A stretch of DNA of 64,000 bases from an uncultured Verrucomicrobiae bacterium. Lineage in GTDB: Bacteria > Verrucomicrobiota > Verrucomicrobiia > Chthoniobacterales > JAFAMB01. How positions within the stretch are numbered: position 1 is the stretch's first letter; every line of letters begins with the position of its first letter. Under the pieces are notes generated by a model. That model made no database searches and was not told where the DNA came from. It was given only the letters and a program-made list of their open reading frames with translations. Positions 33,969 through 44,026 of the stretch are shown here, piece after piece. The stretch covers positions 352,001-416,000 of the forward strand of contig CAVXLD010000005.1 of NCBI GenBank assembly GCA_963762565.1. The letters run 5' to 3'. A program made the translations under genes and the position numbers.

Positions 33969-35411
33969 ATGAAACGCGTTGCTCAATTCTTGGCTGCCGG
34001 TGTTGGAGCCGTTATTTGGACCTCTGCTGCTGCGGCAGCCGATTTACCTTCGTTTAACCATGTCACCGTTACTGTCGTGGGCGATGCCGGCCAAAACATG
34101 GAGTCGTTGAACAAATACGCCGACGATTTCACTAAAGCTGGGATCACCATCAAACAGGTCGGCGCCACCTTTACCGGTCTTTACGACAAGTTGAAGACCA
34201 GTTTTGTCGCAGGTTCGAGTGACTACGACATGGTGATCTTTTACCCGTCCTATATCGGCGATTTTGCTGGAAACGGTTATCTGGCGCCGCTCGACGATTA
34301 TATGAAAAAGACGCCGGCTTCCATCTGGGACCCGAAGATGGATGAGGTAATGCCGCCTTACCGCGAGGTCTATTGCAAATGGGAGGGGAAAACTTATGCA
34401 TTGCCCTACGATGGCGACGTGCTGGTGCTTTACTATCGCAAGGACCTATTCAACAACCCGGACGAAAAGGCCGCTTTTCAGAAAAAGTATGGACGTGAAC
34501 TGGCTCCGCCTGCGACTTGGAAAGATTGGCTGCAGGTAGCGGAATTCTTCACCCGAAAAGCCGGAGATACGTTGGCCGGTCAGAAGTTGACCCGGCCTTT
34601 CTATGGCGCTGCCGAGTACGGCGCTCGCGGGTTCAGTTACGGCTGGTTCCTATCCCGATTTGCCAGTTCCGGCGGCATTTACTTCGATGCCAACATGAAC
34701 CCACAGATTAATACGGACGCCGCAGTAGCCGGTCTGCAAAACATGGTGGATACGCTGAAGTTCAGTCCGCCGGATGTCCTTAGTTACGGATATGAAGAGC
34801 TCAAGAATGCGTTCTTAAACGGCGATCTCGCCATGGTGGTTCAATGGTCTGACGTCGGCAAAAAGACGGCCGATCCGCAACTCAGCAAGATCGTCGGTAA
34901 AGCCGGATTTGCCGTGGTCCCTGGGACGGAGGTGAACGGCAAAGTTGTCCATAAAGCGCCCATGCCCGTGGGCCGGGTATTAGCCGTGTCTGCCAAATCG
35001 AAGAACAAAGAAGCAGCCTATTGGGTTGCGAAGTATCTATCGCTAGATAAGAGCCCGATCACGGTAGCGGCTAACTGGAGCGGCCAGGATCCTTATCGGC
35101 TCAGCCATTTCACCGATACTTCCCATTACAAGTTCCCGGATGAAGCTTCAGTCAAAGACTACGTGGCGGCAGTCCAAGAGAACCTGAACGACGGTTTTCC
35201 GGACCTCAATATTCCTGGCGCCGCTCAATACATCGATTCTTTGGACGTCGCCGTGACCAAGGCTTTAGCTGGTGAAGCTGATCCGAAGACCGCATTGGAC
35301 GGCGTCGCCGAAGATTGGAAGGGAATTACCCAGCGTCTGGGAGCGGACACCCAGAAGAAATTCTGGGACGCGGCCTTGGAAAGCTACCGCGCAGCAGGGC
35401 TGCTCAAATAA
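33969..35411 (+). CDS. Sugar ABC transporter substrate-binding protein (CUT1)
   Basis: Signal peptide MKRVAQFL...AAA, YALPYDGD..LYYRKDLF, PPATW. Confidence 0.9.
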   Translation: MKRVAQFLAAGVGAVIWTSAAAAADLPSFNHVTVTVVGDAGQNMESLNKYADDFTKAGITIKQVGATFTGLYDKLKTSFVAGSSDYDMVIFYPSYIGDFAGNGYLAPLDDYMKKTPASIWDPKMDEVMPPYREVYCKWEGKTYALPYDGDVLVLYYRKDLFNNPDEKAAFQKKYGRELAPPATWKDWLQVAEFFTRKAGDTLAGQKLTRPFYGAAEYGARGFSYGWFLSRFASSGGIYFDANMNPQINTDAAVAGLQNMVDTLKFSPPDVLSYGYEELKNAFLNGDLAMVVQWSDVGKKTADPQLSKIVGKAGFAVVPGTEVNGKVVHKAPMPVGRVLAVSAKSKNKEAAYWVAKYLSLDKSPITVAANWSGQDPYRLSHFTDTSHYKFPDEASVKDYVAAVQENLNDGFPDLNIPGAAQYIDSLDVAVTKALAGEADPKTALDGVAEDWKGITQRLGADTQKKFWDAALESYRAAGLLK

Positions 35412-35966
35412 AGACCGTGTGGGCGTATGGGCGCGCCGGCGTATCGGCGAGACGCCGGCCGCTATTCGTGGTCCACTCAGTCTACTTTGTCCACTACCAG
35501 TAACGGGCGGGACGCATCCATAAGTCCCCTCCCTGCCGGATAGGTCGAGAGATCGAACTCGGCCTGGCGGGGAACCCCGAGAGCGAAAATTCGTACTTGG
35601 ATCTCTAGATCATGTTCGATGTATAACTCGCTGAGCACCAACGAGATTCACTCGATGCCAAACATTGGCATGCTCTATGTTCGCTCATGGCTTAGAGCAA
35701 TCCCGTTACCTAACTGAAACTATCATGCAGAGCGCCGCAACTCCTGCTTATCGCTGTGAGAAAAACTAACTATTACCCGCGTTCGCGATCACGGGTTTAT
35801 CTTCGCCGAGATAAAATTACCGACATCACACAAGCAGTTGTTCCATGAGTCTACTCGATCCACTCCGTAAACTTATTTCACCAGAGCCAAAAGCTTTCGA
35901 CGCTGATGCGCTTCCAAGCAAACCGCTAAACGCCGAACGCCAAACGCCGAACGCCAAACGCCAATC

Positions 35967-36851
35967 GTGAACCTTTCTCAGCAACACGACCGAACGTTTG
36001 CCCGCGCCATGGTTGGACCCGCGGTGACCCTCCTATTTCTGGTGACCATCGGTCCGTTACTGTTCTCCTTGGTGGTTTCGTTCACGAATCTGCAATTCAG
36101 TGCGCCGCAACCGATGCGCTGGGTGGGTATCGATAATTATGTAAACCTGCTCTTCAATGATTCTCGGTTCCTCAGCTCAATGGGTCGAACCCTGGTCTTT
36201 GTGCTGGCCGGTGTTGTGGTCCAGACACTGCTCGGCTATTTCATCGCTTCCTTGCTGTTGCATGTCCAGCGGTTCCGCGCGTTCTTCCTCGGACCGATCT
36301 TAATTCCTTCTGTGATTTCCTCTGTGGTGGCCGGCTGGCAAGGGAGAATGATTTTCAATGCGTCTTACGGTCCATTGAACGATCTTCTTGCGCATATCGG
36401 GATCACAGGACCTGCCTGGTTGGCGCATCCGCAGACGGCTCTTTTATCCGTATTTCTGACTGATACCTGGCAATGGACGCCGTTTCTAGCCCTGATTATT
36501 TTAGCAGCGTTACAAAGCCAACCTCAGGAGTTGTTGGAGGCAGCCCGGCTCGATGGCGCCCGCGGTTGGTCTATGTTTCGCCGGATCACGTTACCGCTGA
36601 TTTTGCCGGTAGCTGGGGTAGGTGTCTTGCTTCGCGGAGTCGATTTATTCAAAACGTTTGATTTGGTTTATATCCTGACCCAGGGGGGACCCGGCAATAG
36701 CAGCGAGACCCTCACGTTCTTAACCTATCTGCAGGGGTTCAAGTTCTTCAATCCGAGCTACGCTTCGGCCATGTCGTTCATTCAACTGATCGTCATCACG
36801 ATCGTGGCGAAAAGCTACCTCGGAGTAATGAATAGAAGGGGAGCGATCTAA
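35967..36851 (+). CDS. Sugar ABC transporter permease
   Basis: WVGIDNY, DTWQWTPF, EAARLDGA, TQGGPG. Confidence 0.9.
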   Translation: MNLSQQHDRTFARAMVGPAVTLLFLVTIGPLLFSLVVSFTNLQFSAPQPMRWVGIDNYVNLLFNDSRFLSSMGRTLVFVLAGVVVQTLLGYFIASLLLHVQRFRAFFLGPILIPSVISSVVAGWQGRMIFNASYGPLNDLLAHIGITGPAWLAHPQTALLSVFLTDTWQWTPFLALIILAALQSQPQELLEAARLDGARGWSMFRRITLPLILPVAGVGVLLRGVDLFKTFDLVYILTQGGPGNSSETLTFLTYLQGFKFFNPSYASAMSFIQLIVITIVAKSYLGVMNRRGAI

Positions 36852-37669
36852 TGTCGAAACGGTCATTGATCGACATCGCAAGGTGGATTGCCCTATTAGC
36901 AGTGCTGGTAGTTCTGCTCTTCCCCCTGTTTTGGATTATCTCCAGCAGCCTTAAGGCCAGGGGCGAATTCTTTACTCGCCCACCCGTTTGGTTGCCTGCC
37001 CATCCAGAATGGTTTAACTATCCGGATTCACTTCAACGGGGCGGAATGAAGGGGTTAACGGATAGTTTTACCATTGCTTTCTTTTCGATGGCCGTTTCGC
37101 TGCTGCTGGGTACGCCAGCCGCTTATGCCATCGCCCGTTTCCAGATAGGGAAGAAGAACCTGGCTTTTTGGATCCTGTCCATTCGCATGTTCCCGCCCAT
37201 CGCTACGATCCTGCCTTTATTTGTGCTATTCCGGTATGCCGGTCTAGTCGATACCTATGCCGGGTTAGTTCTGTGTTATACGGTATTTAATCTTCCCTTT
37301 GCGATTTGGATCCTGAAAGGATTCATCGAGGACTTACCAAAAGAAATTGAGGAAGCAGCCAAGGTAGACGGAGCCACCCGTTTCCAAATTTTTCGGAGCA
37401 TAGTGCTCCCATTGACCGCACCGGGACTGGTGGTGGTGGCATTGTTCACCTTCATCTTCGCTTGGAACGATTTCGCCTACGCGGTCATTTTCAGTGGGTC
37501 GAATGTCACGCCACTGCCAGTCGTGATAGCACAATTTGCCGGTGGCCATGAGATTCTTTGGGGACAAATTTCCGCCGCCGCCATCATGGCGATTTTACCA
37601 GCCTTAGTCCTGGCGACTTTCTTACAGAAATACCTCACCCGAGGCCTGACCATGGGAGCGGTGAAATGA
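36851..37669 (+). CDS. Sugar ABC transporter permease
   Basis: EEAAKVDGA, FIFAWND, GLTMGAVK. Confidence 0.9.
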   Translation: MSKRSLIDIARWIALLAVLVVLLFPLFWIISSSLKARGEFFTRPPVWLPAHPEWFNYPDSLQRGGMKGLTDSFTIAFFSMAVSLLLGTPAAYAIARFQIGKKNLAFWILSIRMFPPIATILPLFVLFRYAGLVDTYAGLVLCYTVFNLPFAIWILKGFIEDLPKEIEEAAKVDGATRFQIFRSIVLPLTAPGLVVVALFTFIFAWNDFAYAVIFSGSNVTPLPVVIAQFAGGHEILWGQISAAAIMAILPALVLATFLQKYLTRGLTMGAVK

Positions 37670-37689
37670 AGCAAGGAGGGCCCAACGCC

Positions 37690-37808
37690 GGGAGGGCGCG
37701 CGTCCCCGCGCGCCGCGGACCCGGTCTGTATCGTCGACCCAATCCGGCGCTTGATCGGGTCTATGCTGGGCTTCGCGAACAACGGATCGCGAGGACGCGA
37801 TAGCTCCC
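37690..37808. repeat. GGAG-REP doublet, inverted relative to the 12890/23985 copies; followed by an AAACCTA heptamer array (37833-37871)
   Basis: gggagggcgcgcgtccccgcgcgccgc...cggatcgcgaggacgcgat. Confidence 0.8.
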
Positions 37809-37906
37809 CATCACGGGTGATGACCGGACCCCAACCTAAAACCTAGAACTTAAAACTTAAAACCTAAAACCCAGAGCCGTAATGGTGATATAGATCAAAG
37901 ACACTT

Positions 37907-38335
37907 ATGCTTAAAAATCTGACCTCCCTGCACACGCCCGAGTTGTTACACACATTGGCTTCGATGGGACACGGTGATGATATCGTAGTCGTTGACGCCC
38001 ATTTTCCGGCTGTATCTATGGCGCAAAGACTTGTCCGGCTTGATGGTGTCAGTGCTCCTGCCGCTCTGGATGCGATTTTACAGCTCATCCCCCTGGATAG
38101 CTTCGTGGATGACCCAGCCTTACGGATGGAAGTGGTGGGAAAGCCGGATGAAGTTCCGGAGGTGCAGAAAGAATTCCAAGCGGTCATCGATAAGCGGGAA
38201 GGTAAGGCTTCGCCGTTAGCGAAAATCGAACGGTTCGCATTTTATGAACGGGCAAAGAAAGCTTTTGCCATCGTAGCGACCGGCGAACTGCGTACTTACG
38301 GGTGTGTGATCATTAAGAAGGGCGTTATCCTGTAG
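37907..38335 (+). CDS. RbsD/FucU family sugar pyranase/mutarotase
   Basis: MGHGD.IVVVDAHFP, ERFAFYE, TGE.R.YG. Confidence 0.9.
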   Translation: MLKNLTSLHTPELLHTLASMGHGDDIVVVDAHFPAVSMAQRLVRLDGVSAPAALDAILQLIPLDSFVDDPALRMEVVGKPDEVPEVQKEFQAVIDKREGKASPLAKIERFAFYERAKKAFAIVATGELRTYGCVIIKKGVIL

Positions 38336-38345
38336 AATTGCCGGT

Positions 38346-39281
38346 ATGCCGAAAGCGAAAGTCAGCATCCTAGGAGCATTCGTAACCGATCTCGCTTGCC
38401 GAACGGATCGTATGCCGAAGTGGGGAGAAACGATCCTGGGTAATTCATTCAAGCTGGGGCCTGGTGGAAAAGGCTCGAACCAAGGGGTAGCCGCGGCGCG
38501 TTTAGACGCGGACGTTGGTTTGATCACTAAGATCGGGAAGGATGCATTCGGCGAGATGGCGAAGCGCTTTTACGTAGAGCAGGGGATGAGTCTAGCGCAT
38601 ATCTACGAAGACCCGGAAGAAACCAGCGCCACCGCTACAATCGTTATCGACGAAAAGACGAATGAGAACTCGATCATCGTTGTGCAAGGCGCTTGTGCTC
38701 ATCTCACCATAGAAGAAGTGGAAGCCGCCGATTCTGATATTGGCAGCGCTGACATTTTCATGACCCAACTCGAGTTACCGCTCGCGCCGACGGTACGCGG
38801 TATCGAGTTGGCACATGCAGCCGGCGTACCGATCATTCTGAACCCGGCGCCCGCTTTACCCGTACCGCCGGATGTACTGGCCAAGGTCGATTATTTGACT
38901 CCGAATGAGACCGAAGCAGTGACCCTGGTTGGCAAAGAATCGCTGGATCAATTCCGAAACATCGAGCAGCTCGCCGATGAGCTTCTCGCGCTCGGAGTAC
39001 GCAATGTGGTGATTACTTTGGGCGAGAAGGGAGCTTTTGTGAAAGGGCCGGGGGTTACCCAGCACGTTCCACCGTTTTCGGTAGAAAAAGTCGTGGAAAC
39101 CACCGGCGCGGGGGATGCCTTTGCCGGCGGGTTCGCAGTGGCGTTAGCCGAGAAAAAGCTCCTGGTAGAGGCGGTGACATTCGGGTGTGCAGTCGCCGCG
39201 ATTTCTGTGACTCGACGCGGCACCGCGCCATCGATGCCCTACAGGAAGGAAGTGGATGCGTTGTTGGGAGTGAGGACTTAG
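38346..39281 (+). CDS. rbsK: Ribokinase family (ribose/deoxyribose kinase)
   Basis: GPGGKGSNQ, LNPAPA, TPNETEA, ETTGAGDAF. Confidence 0.9.
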   Translation: MPKAKVSILGAFVTDLACRTDRMPKWGETILGNSFKLGPGGKGSNQGVAAARLDADVGLITKIGKDAFGEMAKRFYVEQGMSLAHIYEDPEETSATATIVIDEKTNENSIIVVQGACAHLTIEEVEAADSDIGSADIFMTQLELPLAPTVRGIELAHAAGVPIILNPAPALPVPPDVLAKVDYLTPNETEAVTLVGKESLDQFRNIEQLADELLALGVRNVVITLGEKGAFVKGPGVTQHVPPFSVEKVVETTGAGDAFAGGFAVALAEKKLLVEAVTFGCAVAAISVTRRGTAPSMPYRKEVDALLGVRT

Positions 39282-39315
39282 CAAGCGATGAAAACGCTGC
39301 CAACAGGATGAACCT

Positions 39316-40296
39316 ATGAACTCGATCGACACAAGCTACCCCGATGCGTTGCTCAAAGACCAGGACGCCTGGGCCAGGCCGGATCTGGATTGGGTAAAAG
39401 CGATCGCCGTAAACAAAAGCGCTATCGAACGGCGGGTCGCTACGTTAGCGGGGAGGCGTACAGTAAAGAAGGAATGGCAGGCTGCTTGGCTCTTAAAAGC
39501 GATTACCTGTATCGATCTTACCACTCTGTCCGGAGACGACACCGAAGGCAAAGTGCAACGGCTGTGCGCCAAGGCCAAATCTCCCGTTCGAGCGGACCTT
39601 CTCGAGGCTTTAGGTGTGACTGACATTACGGTCGGTGCGGTCTGTGTCTATCCGACCATGGTCGGCCACGCAGTACGAGCCCTGAGCGGCACCAACATCC
39701 CGGTTGCCTCAGTTGCCACCGGTTTTCCCACCGGTTTGATGCCGATGACCCAGCGCTTGGAGGAGATCCGGTACGCAGTCGATCAAGGGGCCGCCGAGAT
39801 CGATATGGTAATCACGCGCGAGCTCGTACTAACGGGAAGATGGGAAGAGCTTTTCGATGAAGTTGCTGCCTGTAAGGACGCCTGTGGCCGGGCACATTTA
39901 AAGGTCATTTTAGCCACAGGCGAGCTTGCCACTCTGCGGAACGTGGCTCGGGCTAGCATGGTTGCCCAACTCGCCGGCGCCGATTTCATAAAGACTTCCA
40001 CCGGAAAAGAGGCAGTAAACGCGACTTTGCCGGTTACTTTAACCATGGTTCGTTGTATCCGGCATTATTATCAATCGACCGGCCGAAAAGTCGGTTTCAA
40101 ACCCGCCGGCGGTATCCGTTCCGCCAAAGACGCTCTAGCCTGGCAAATCTTAATGAAAGAAGAACTGGGCCGCGATTGGCTTGAACCAGAGCTCTTCCGT
40201 TTCGGCGCCTCCGGCCTGTTAACCGATATCGAACGCCAGCTCGAACACTTTGTGACCGGCCGGTATTCGGCCAATTACCGCCATCCGGCGGCATGA
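39316..40296 (+). CDS. deoC: Deoxyribose-phosphate aldolase (long form)
   Basis: IDLTTLSGDDT, AVCVYP, ADFIKTSTGK, KPAGGI, FRFGAS. Confidence 0.93.
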   Translation: MNSIDTSYPDALLKDQDAWARPDLDWVKAIAVNKSAIERRVATLAGRRTVKKEWQAAWLLKAITCIDLTTLSGDDTEGKVQRLCAKAKSPVRADLLEALGVTDITVGAVCVYPTMVGHAVRALSGTNIPVASVATGFPTGLMPMTQRLEEIRYAVDQGAAEIDMVITRELVLTGRWEELFDEVAACKDACGRAHLKVILATGELATLRNVARASMVAQLAGADFIKTSTGKEAVNATLPVTLTMVRCIRHYYQSTGRKVGFKPAGGIRSAKDALAWQILMKEELGRDWLEPELFRFGASGLLTDIERQLEHFVTGRYSANYRHPAA

Positions 40297-40325
40297 CTCA
40301 CATCTGAGAACGGAGCGATGGCCCA

Positions 40326-40497
40326 CAGTAAGCACGTAAGCAGTAAGCAGTAAGCGGTAAGCAGTAAGCAGTAAGCAGTAAGCAGTTTTATCATGACCTG
40401 GCTATCCAAAGCACCGACTAATTGTGGCGACGGCGCCGTAATCGAATGCCGCCTCGGCTGCTCGGCACTGCTCACTGCTTACAGCTTACTGCTTACT
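40326..40497. repeat. Element with inverted CAGTAAG / CTTACTG heptamer arms
   Basis: ~8 heptamers at 40326-40386; 4-5 inverted at 40466-40497. Confidence 0.85.
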
Positions 40498-40549
40498 TCC
40501 GCGCCACCCCACCAAACCTTTTCTAACCCAGTTAGCTTCCACGCCAACA

Positions 40550-42958
40550 ATGCCTACCGTTAAAGAGATATTCGCCACCATGGAATACGGCCCAGCGCCG
40601 GAGAGCGCCGAATACGTGAATGCATGGCTGGAAAAACACGGGCGCCGCTTTGGGCACTTTATCAATGGCCGGTTCGTGGAAGGGAGTAGCACCTTTGAGG
40701 TGATCAATCCGGCGACGAAAGCAACTATCGCTACGGTTAGCCAGGGAACCGGCGCCGAGATCGATCAAGCGGTTCAAGCTGCCAGTGCTGCCTTTGAAAA
40801 CTGGCGTGCTACTTCCGGTCATGAACGTGCGCGTTATCTGTACGCGATTGCTCGTCAGATCCAAAAACATTCCCGGCTTTTCGCTGTGCTCGAAACCATC
40901 GATAACGGCAAACCGATCCGTGAGACCCGTGACATCGACATCCCGCTGGTAGCGCGGCATTTCTACCATCACGCGGGCTGGGCCCAGCTCGCCGGCGAGG
41001 CTTTTTCGAATTACGGACCTGTGGGTGTTTGTGGCCAGATCATTCCCTGGAACTTTCCGCTACTGATGTTGTCCTGGAAAGTCGCGCCCGCATTAGCGGC
41101 CGGTAACACCGTCGTGCTGAAGCCTGCCGAGTTTACTCCGCTAAGCGCAATCCTTTTTGCCGAGATCACCCAGCAGATCGGCTTACCTCCCGGCGTATTT
41201 AATTTGGTTACTGGAGACGGACGCGCCGGAGCAGCGTTGGTAGAACACCCTGGCGTCGCTAAGATTGCATTTACCGGTTCAACTGAAGTCGGCCGGATCA
41301 TCCGGCAAAAAACTGCCGGTTCCGGGAAAAAGCTATCGCTCGAGCTCGGCGGCAAGTCCCCGTTTGTTGTTTTCGACGATGCCGATCTGGACAGCGTCGT
41401 GGAAGGTGTGGTGGACGCGATCTGGTTCAATCAAGGCCAGGTCTGTTGCGCGGGAAGCCGGTTATTGATTCAAGAGAGCATCGCAGAGGTGATGTACTCC
41501 AAACTTCGGAACCGGATGGAGAATCTGCGAGTGGGTGATCCTCTCGATAAAGCGATCGATATTGGCGCGATCGTGGCGCCCGTCCAACTCCAAAAGATCG
41601 AGTCCCTGGTCCAGCAAGGCATCAAAGAAGGCGCCAGTTGCTGGCAACCGCACTGGGCGGTCCCAACCGAGGGACTGTTTTATCCTCCCACCCTGTTTAC
41701 CAATGTTGAACCGGCCGGCACCCTGGCCCAGGTCGAGATCTTCGGACCTGTCCTGGTCGCGATGACCTTCCGTACACCAGAGGAGGCAGTCGAGCTTGCT
41801 AATAATACTCCGTATGGATTGGCCGCATCGGTCTGGACCGAAAATTTGAATCTGGCACTCGATATCGCTCCAAAAATCAAAGCCGGAGTCGTCTGGGTGA
41901 ATTGTACAAATGTGTTCGACGCTGCAGCCGGGTTCGGCGGCTACCGAGAGAGTGGGTTTGGCCGGGAAGGCGGCGTGGAGGGAATGTACGAATATCTGAA
42001 GCCGAATTGGGAGCAACACCTTCCCGAGGTAGAGGACTCCGGCTTTGAACCTCGAGCCGAACCGGGTGTTAACGCCGGCAACGCCGACAGCGCCGACAGC
42101 GCCGTCAACGTGGGTATCGATCGGACACCAAAGCTTTATATAGCGGGAAAACAGACACGGCCGGACAGCGGTTATAGTTATCCGGTGTTTGATCCAGCCG
42201 GAAAACACCGGGGAGAGGCCGGATTCGGCAACCGCAAAGATATCCGGAACGCGGTCGAAGCGGCCGTTAAAGCCACAGGCTGGGCAAAGTCACCGGCGCA
42301 TTTGCGGGCTCAGATTCTTTTTTATATCGCCGAGAACCTTCAGGTGCGGGCCCGGGAATTCACAGACCGTTTGGTTGGCGACGCCGGTTATGCGGTTGAG
42401 CTGGCTGAACGTGAAGTGAAAGCCGCTATCGAACGGACGTTCTATTACGCGGCGTGGGCCGACAAATACGACGGGCGGATACACCAGACCCCATTCCGCA
42501 ACGTGACCTTGGCCATGCCTGAGCCATGGGGAGTCATGGGAATCGTCTGTCCGGAAGCAAACCCGCTGCTGGGTTTCCTTTCCCTGGTGCTGCCGGCCAT
42601 CACCATGGGAAATAATGTCGTGGCGATCCCGTCCGCAAAATATCCGCTCGCGGCAACGGACCTTTATCAAGTCCTCGACACCAGCGACTTGCCGGGTGGA
42701 GTCATCAACATCGTCACCGGCAACCAGCTGGAGCTCGCCAAGGTTCTCGCCCAACACCTCGAGGTCGCAGCCATGTGGTTCTTCGGCTCAAAATCGGGAA
42801 GCGAGATGGTGGAACGCGAGTCGGCCGGCAATCTCAAGGCAACCTGGGTCAGCCATGGTAAAGCCCGCGACTGGTTCAACCCCGAACAAAGCCAAGGGGA
42901 AGAATTCTTGCGGCATGCGACGCAGATAAAGAACATCTGGGTGCCGTACGGAGAGTGA
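40550..42958 (+). CDS. Two-domain aldehyde dehydrogenase (ALDH16-like)
   Basis: IPWNFP, FTGSTEVG, LELGGKSP, QVCCAG (catalytic Cys), EIFGP; second partial ALDH domain ending KNIWVPYGE. Confidence 0.9.
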   Translation: MPTVKEIFATMEYGPAPESAEYVNAWLEKHGRRFGHFINGRFVEGSSTFEVINPATKATIATVSQGTGAEIDQAVQAASAAFENWRATSGHERARYLYAIARQIQKHSRLFAVLETIDNGKPIRETRDIDIPLVARHFYHHAGWAQLAGEAFSNYGPVGVCGQIIPWNFPLLMLSWKVAPALAAGNTVVLKPAEFTPLSAILFAEITQQIGLPPGVFNLVTGDGRAGAALVEHPGVAKIAFTGSTEVGRIIRQKTAGSGKKLSLELGGKSPFVVFDDADLDSVVEGVVDAIWFNQGQVCCAGSRLLIQESIAEVMYSKLRNRMENLRVGDPLDKAIDIGAIVAPVQLQKIESLVQQGIKEGASCWQPHWAVPTEGLFYPPTLFTNVEPAGTLAQVEIFGPVLVAMTFRTPEEAVELANNTPYGLAASVWTENLNLALDIAPKIKAGVVWVNCTNVFDAAAGFGGYRESGFGREGGVEGMYEYLKPNWEQHLPEVEDSGFEPRAEPGVNAGNADSADSAVNVGIDRTPKLYIAGKQTRPDSGYSYPVFDPAGKHRGEAGFGNRKDIRNAVEAAVKATGWAKSPAHLRAQILFYIAENLQVRAREFTDRLVGDAGYAVELAEREVKAAIERTFYYAAWADKYDGRIHQTPFRNVTLAMPEPWGVMGIVCPEANPLLGFLSLVLPAITMGNNVVAIPSAKYPLAATDLYQVLDTSDLPGGVINIVTGNQLELAKVLAQHLEVAAMWFFGSKSGSEMVERESAGNLKATWVSHGKARDWFNPEQSQGEEFLRHATQIKNIWVPYGE

Positions 42959-43179
42959 GCTGCGTATCGGCGTATCGGCGTGTCGGCGTGTGGGGAGCTC
43001 GAGCGCTTCGTTCTCCCGACTTCGCTCGCCGACAGAGCTGCCAAACCAGGGAGGTAAAGCTTCGTCGGGCAGGCTGTCCTCGTCGTCGCCGAGGTTCTTG
43101 TGGAGCGCGCCTCGCTTGCGAGGCCGACTCGGTGGAAACCGCGGACGGAGGAAATAGACTGGGGCGAACCGGGCCTTCG

Positions 43180-43785
43180 CTATCTAGCGCGGCGCTGACT
43201 GCGCATGCGATACATGCGCTCCGTGAAACCGCCCTCTTCTAGGAAATGTTTTCCGAGGCTAGCGAGCTGACGATCCAAGAGCGAGCAGGCGACCGCGATC
43301 AGTACGAGGGCGGCGTTCGCGGCGATTTCGCAGTACCGTTGCTGCCGGCGGCTATGAGCGAGACGGCTACGGGTCTCTCTCACCCATCGCGCCACTTCCG
43401 CTGCGCTGCCGCAGCGCGCATCGATGAGTTCTTGTCGTAGTGGCTCTGAAAAGGACCATTCCTTGAATCCTCTTTGGCGGAGAAAGTCTCGATAATCGCG
43501 CTTCAGCTCTTCGAGACTGAACCGTGCCGTATCAGTGAGCTTCAGCTCAGTCTTCTTTGAGGTGCCGCTGGAGGCACTCCCTTCAACGATATTCTGCGTG
43601 CCGCTCCTCGCGGCCTGGACCATCTGATCATGAGTGCGGCTACGTCTTTCGACGTACCGTTCGCAAAAGCGAACCGTCACATCGAAGCAGAGCTCCGCCA
43701 TCTGGAAACTTTTCAGCTTCCGGTACCCGCCATGCGGCGGGATAAGACCATCGCCGTCAGGCGTGTCGTCAGAACGTCTCTCCAT
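43180..43785 (-). CDS. Four helix bundle protein with suffix domain
   Basis: LIPPHGGYRKLKSFQ, DQMVQAARSG.QNI.EGS, KLT..AR.SLEEL..DY, LLDRQL...F..EGGFTERMY; ATG 43785. Confidence 0.88.
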   Translation of the reverse strand: MERRSDDTPDGDGLIPPHGGYRKLKSFQMAELCFDVTVRFCERYVERRSRTHDQMVQAARSGTQNIVEGSASSGTSKKTELKLTDTARFSLEELKRDYRDFLRQRGFKEWSFSEPLRQELIDARCGSAAEVARWVRETRSRLAHSRRQQRYCEIAANAALVLIAVACSLLDRQLASLGKHFLEEGGFTERMYRMRSQRRAR

Positions 43786-43849
43786 GGAGAAGAGACATAT
43801 ATCATAACATAAAATATTCAAGTTGTATATTCGCGGCCCCGCCAGAATA

Positions 43850-43958
43850 GTAGACAGAGTGGACGTAGTGGACCCAGTAGACGGAGTAGCCACGACGATG
43901 AGCAGCCATCCGCTGTCCACTAGGTCCACTCCCGTCCACTCCGTCCACTCTGTCCACT
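43850..43958. repeat. Element with inverted GTGGAC / GTCCAC 9-mer arms upstream of the four-helix gene
   Basis: Arrays at 43850-43890 and 43915-43958; solo GTCCAC arrays also at ~35471-35496, 45046-45090, 45447-45490, 46782-46816. Confidence 0.8.
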
Positions 43959-44026
43959 TCCCCCGCATGCCATCCCTTCGCCGCCCCACTCATTGACAAC
44001 CCGCCCCTCCATTCCCATTTTTCTAC

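Noticed and set aside
43786..43989. N-terminal 68 aa of the 269-aa ORF
   Set aside because: Encoded by GTGGAC/GTCCAC arrays (WTEWTEWT, STTSTLST); family similarity starts after Met 43785
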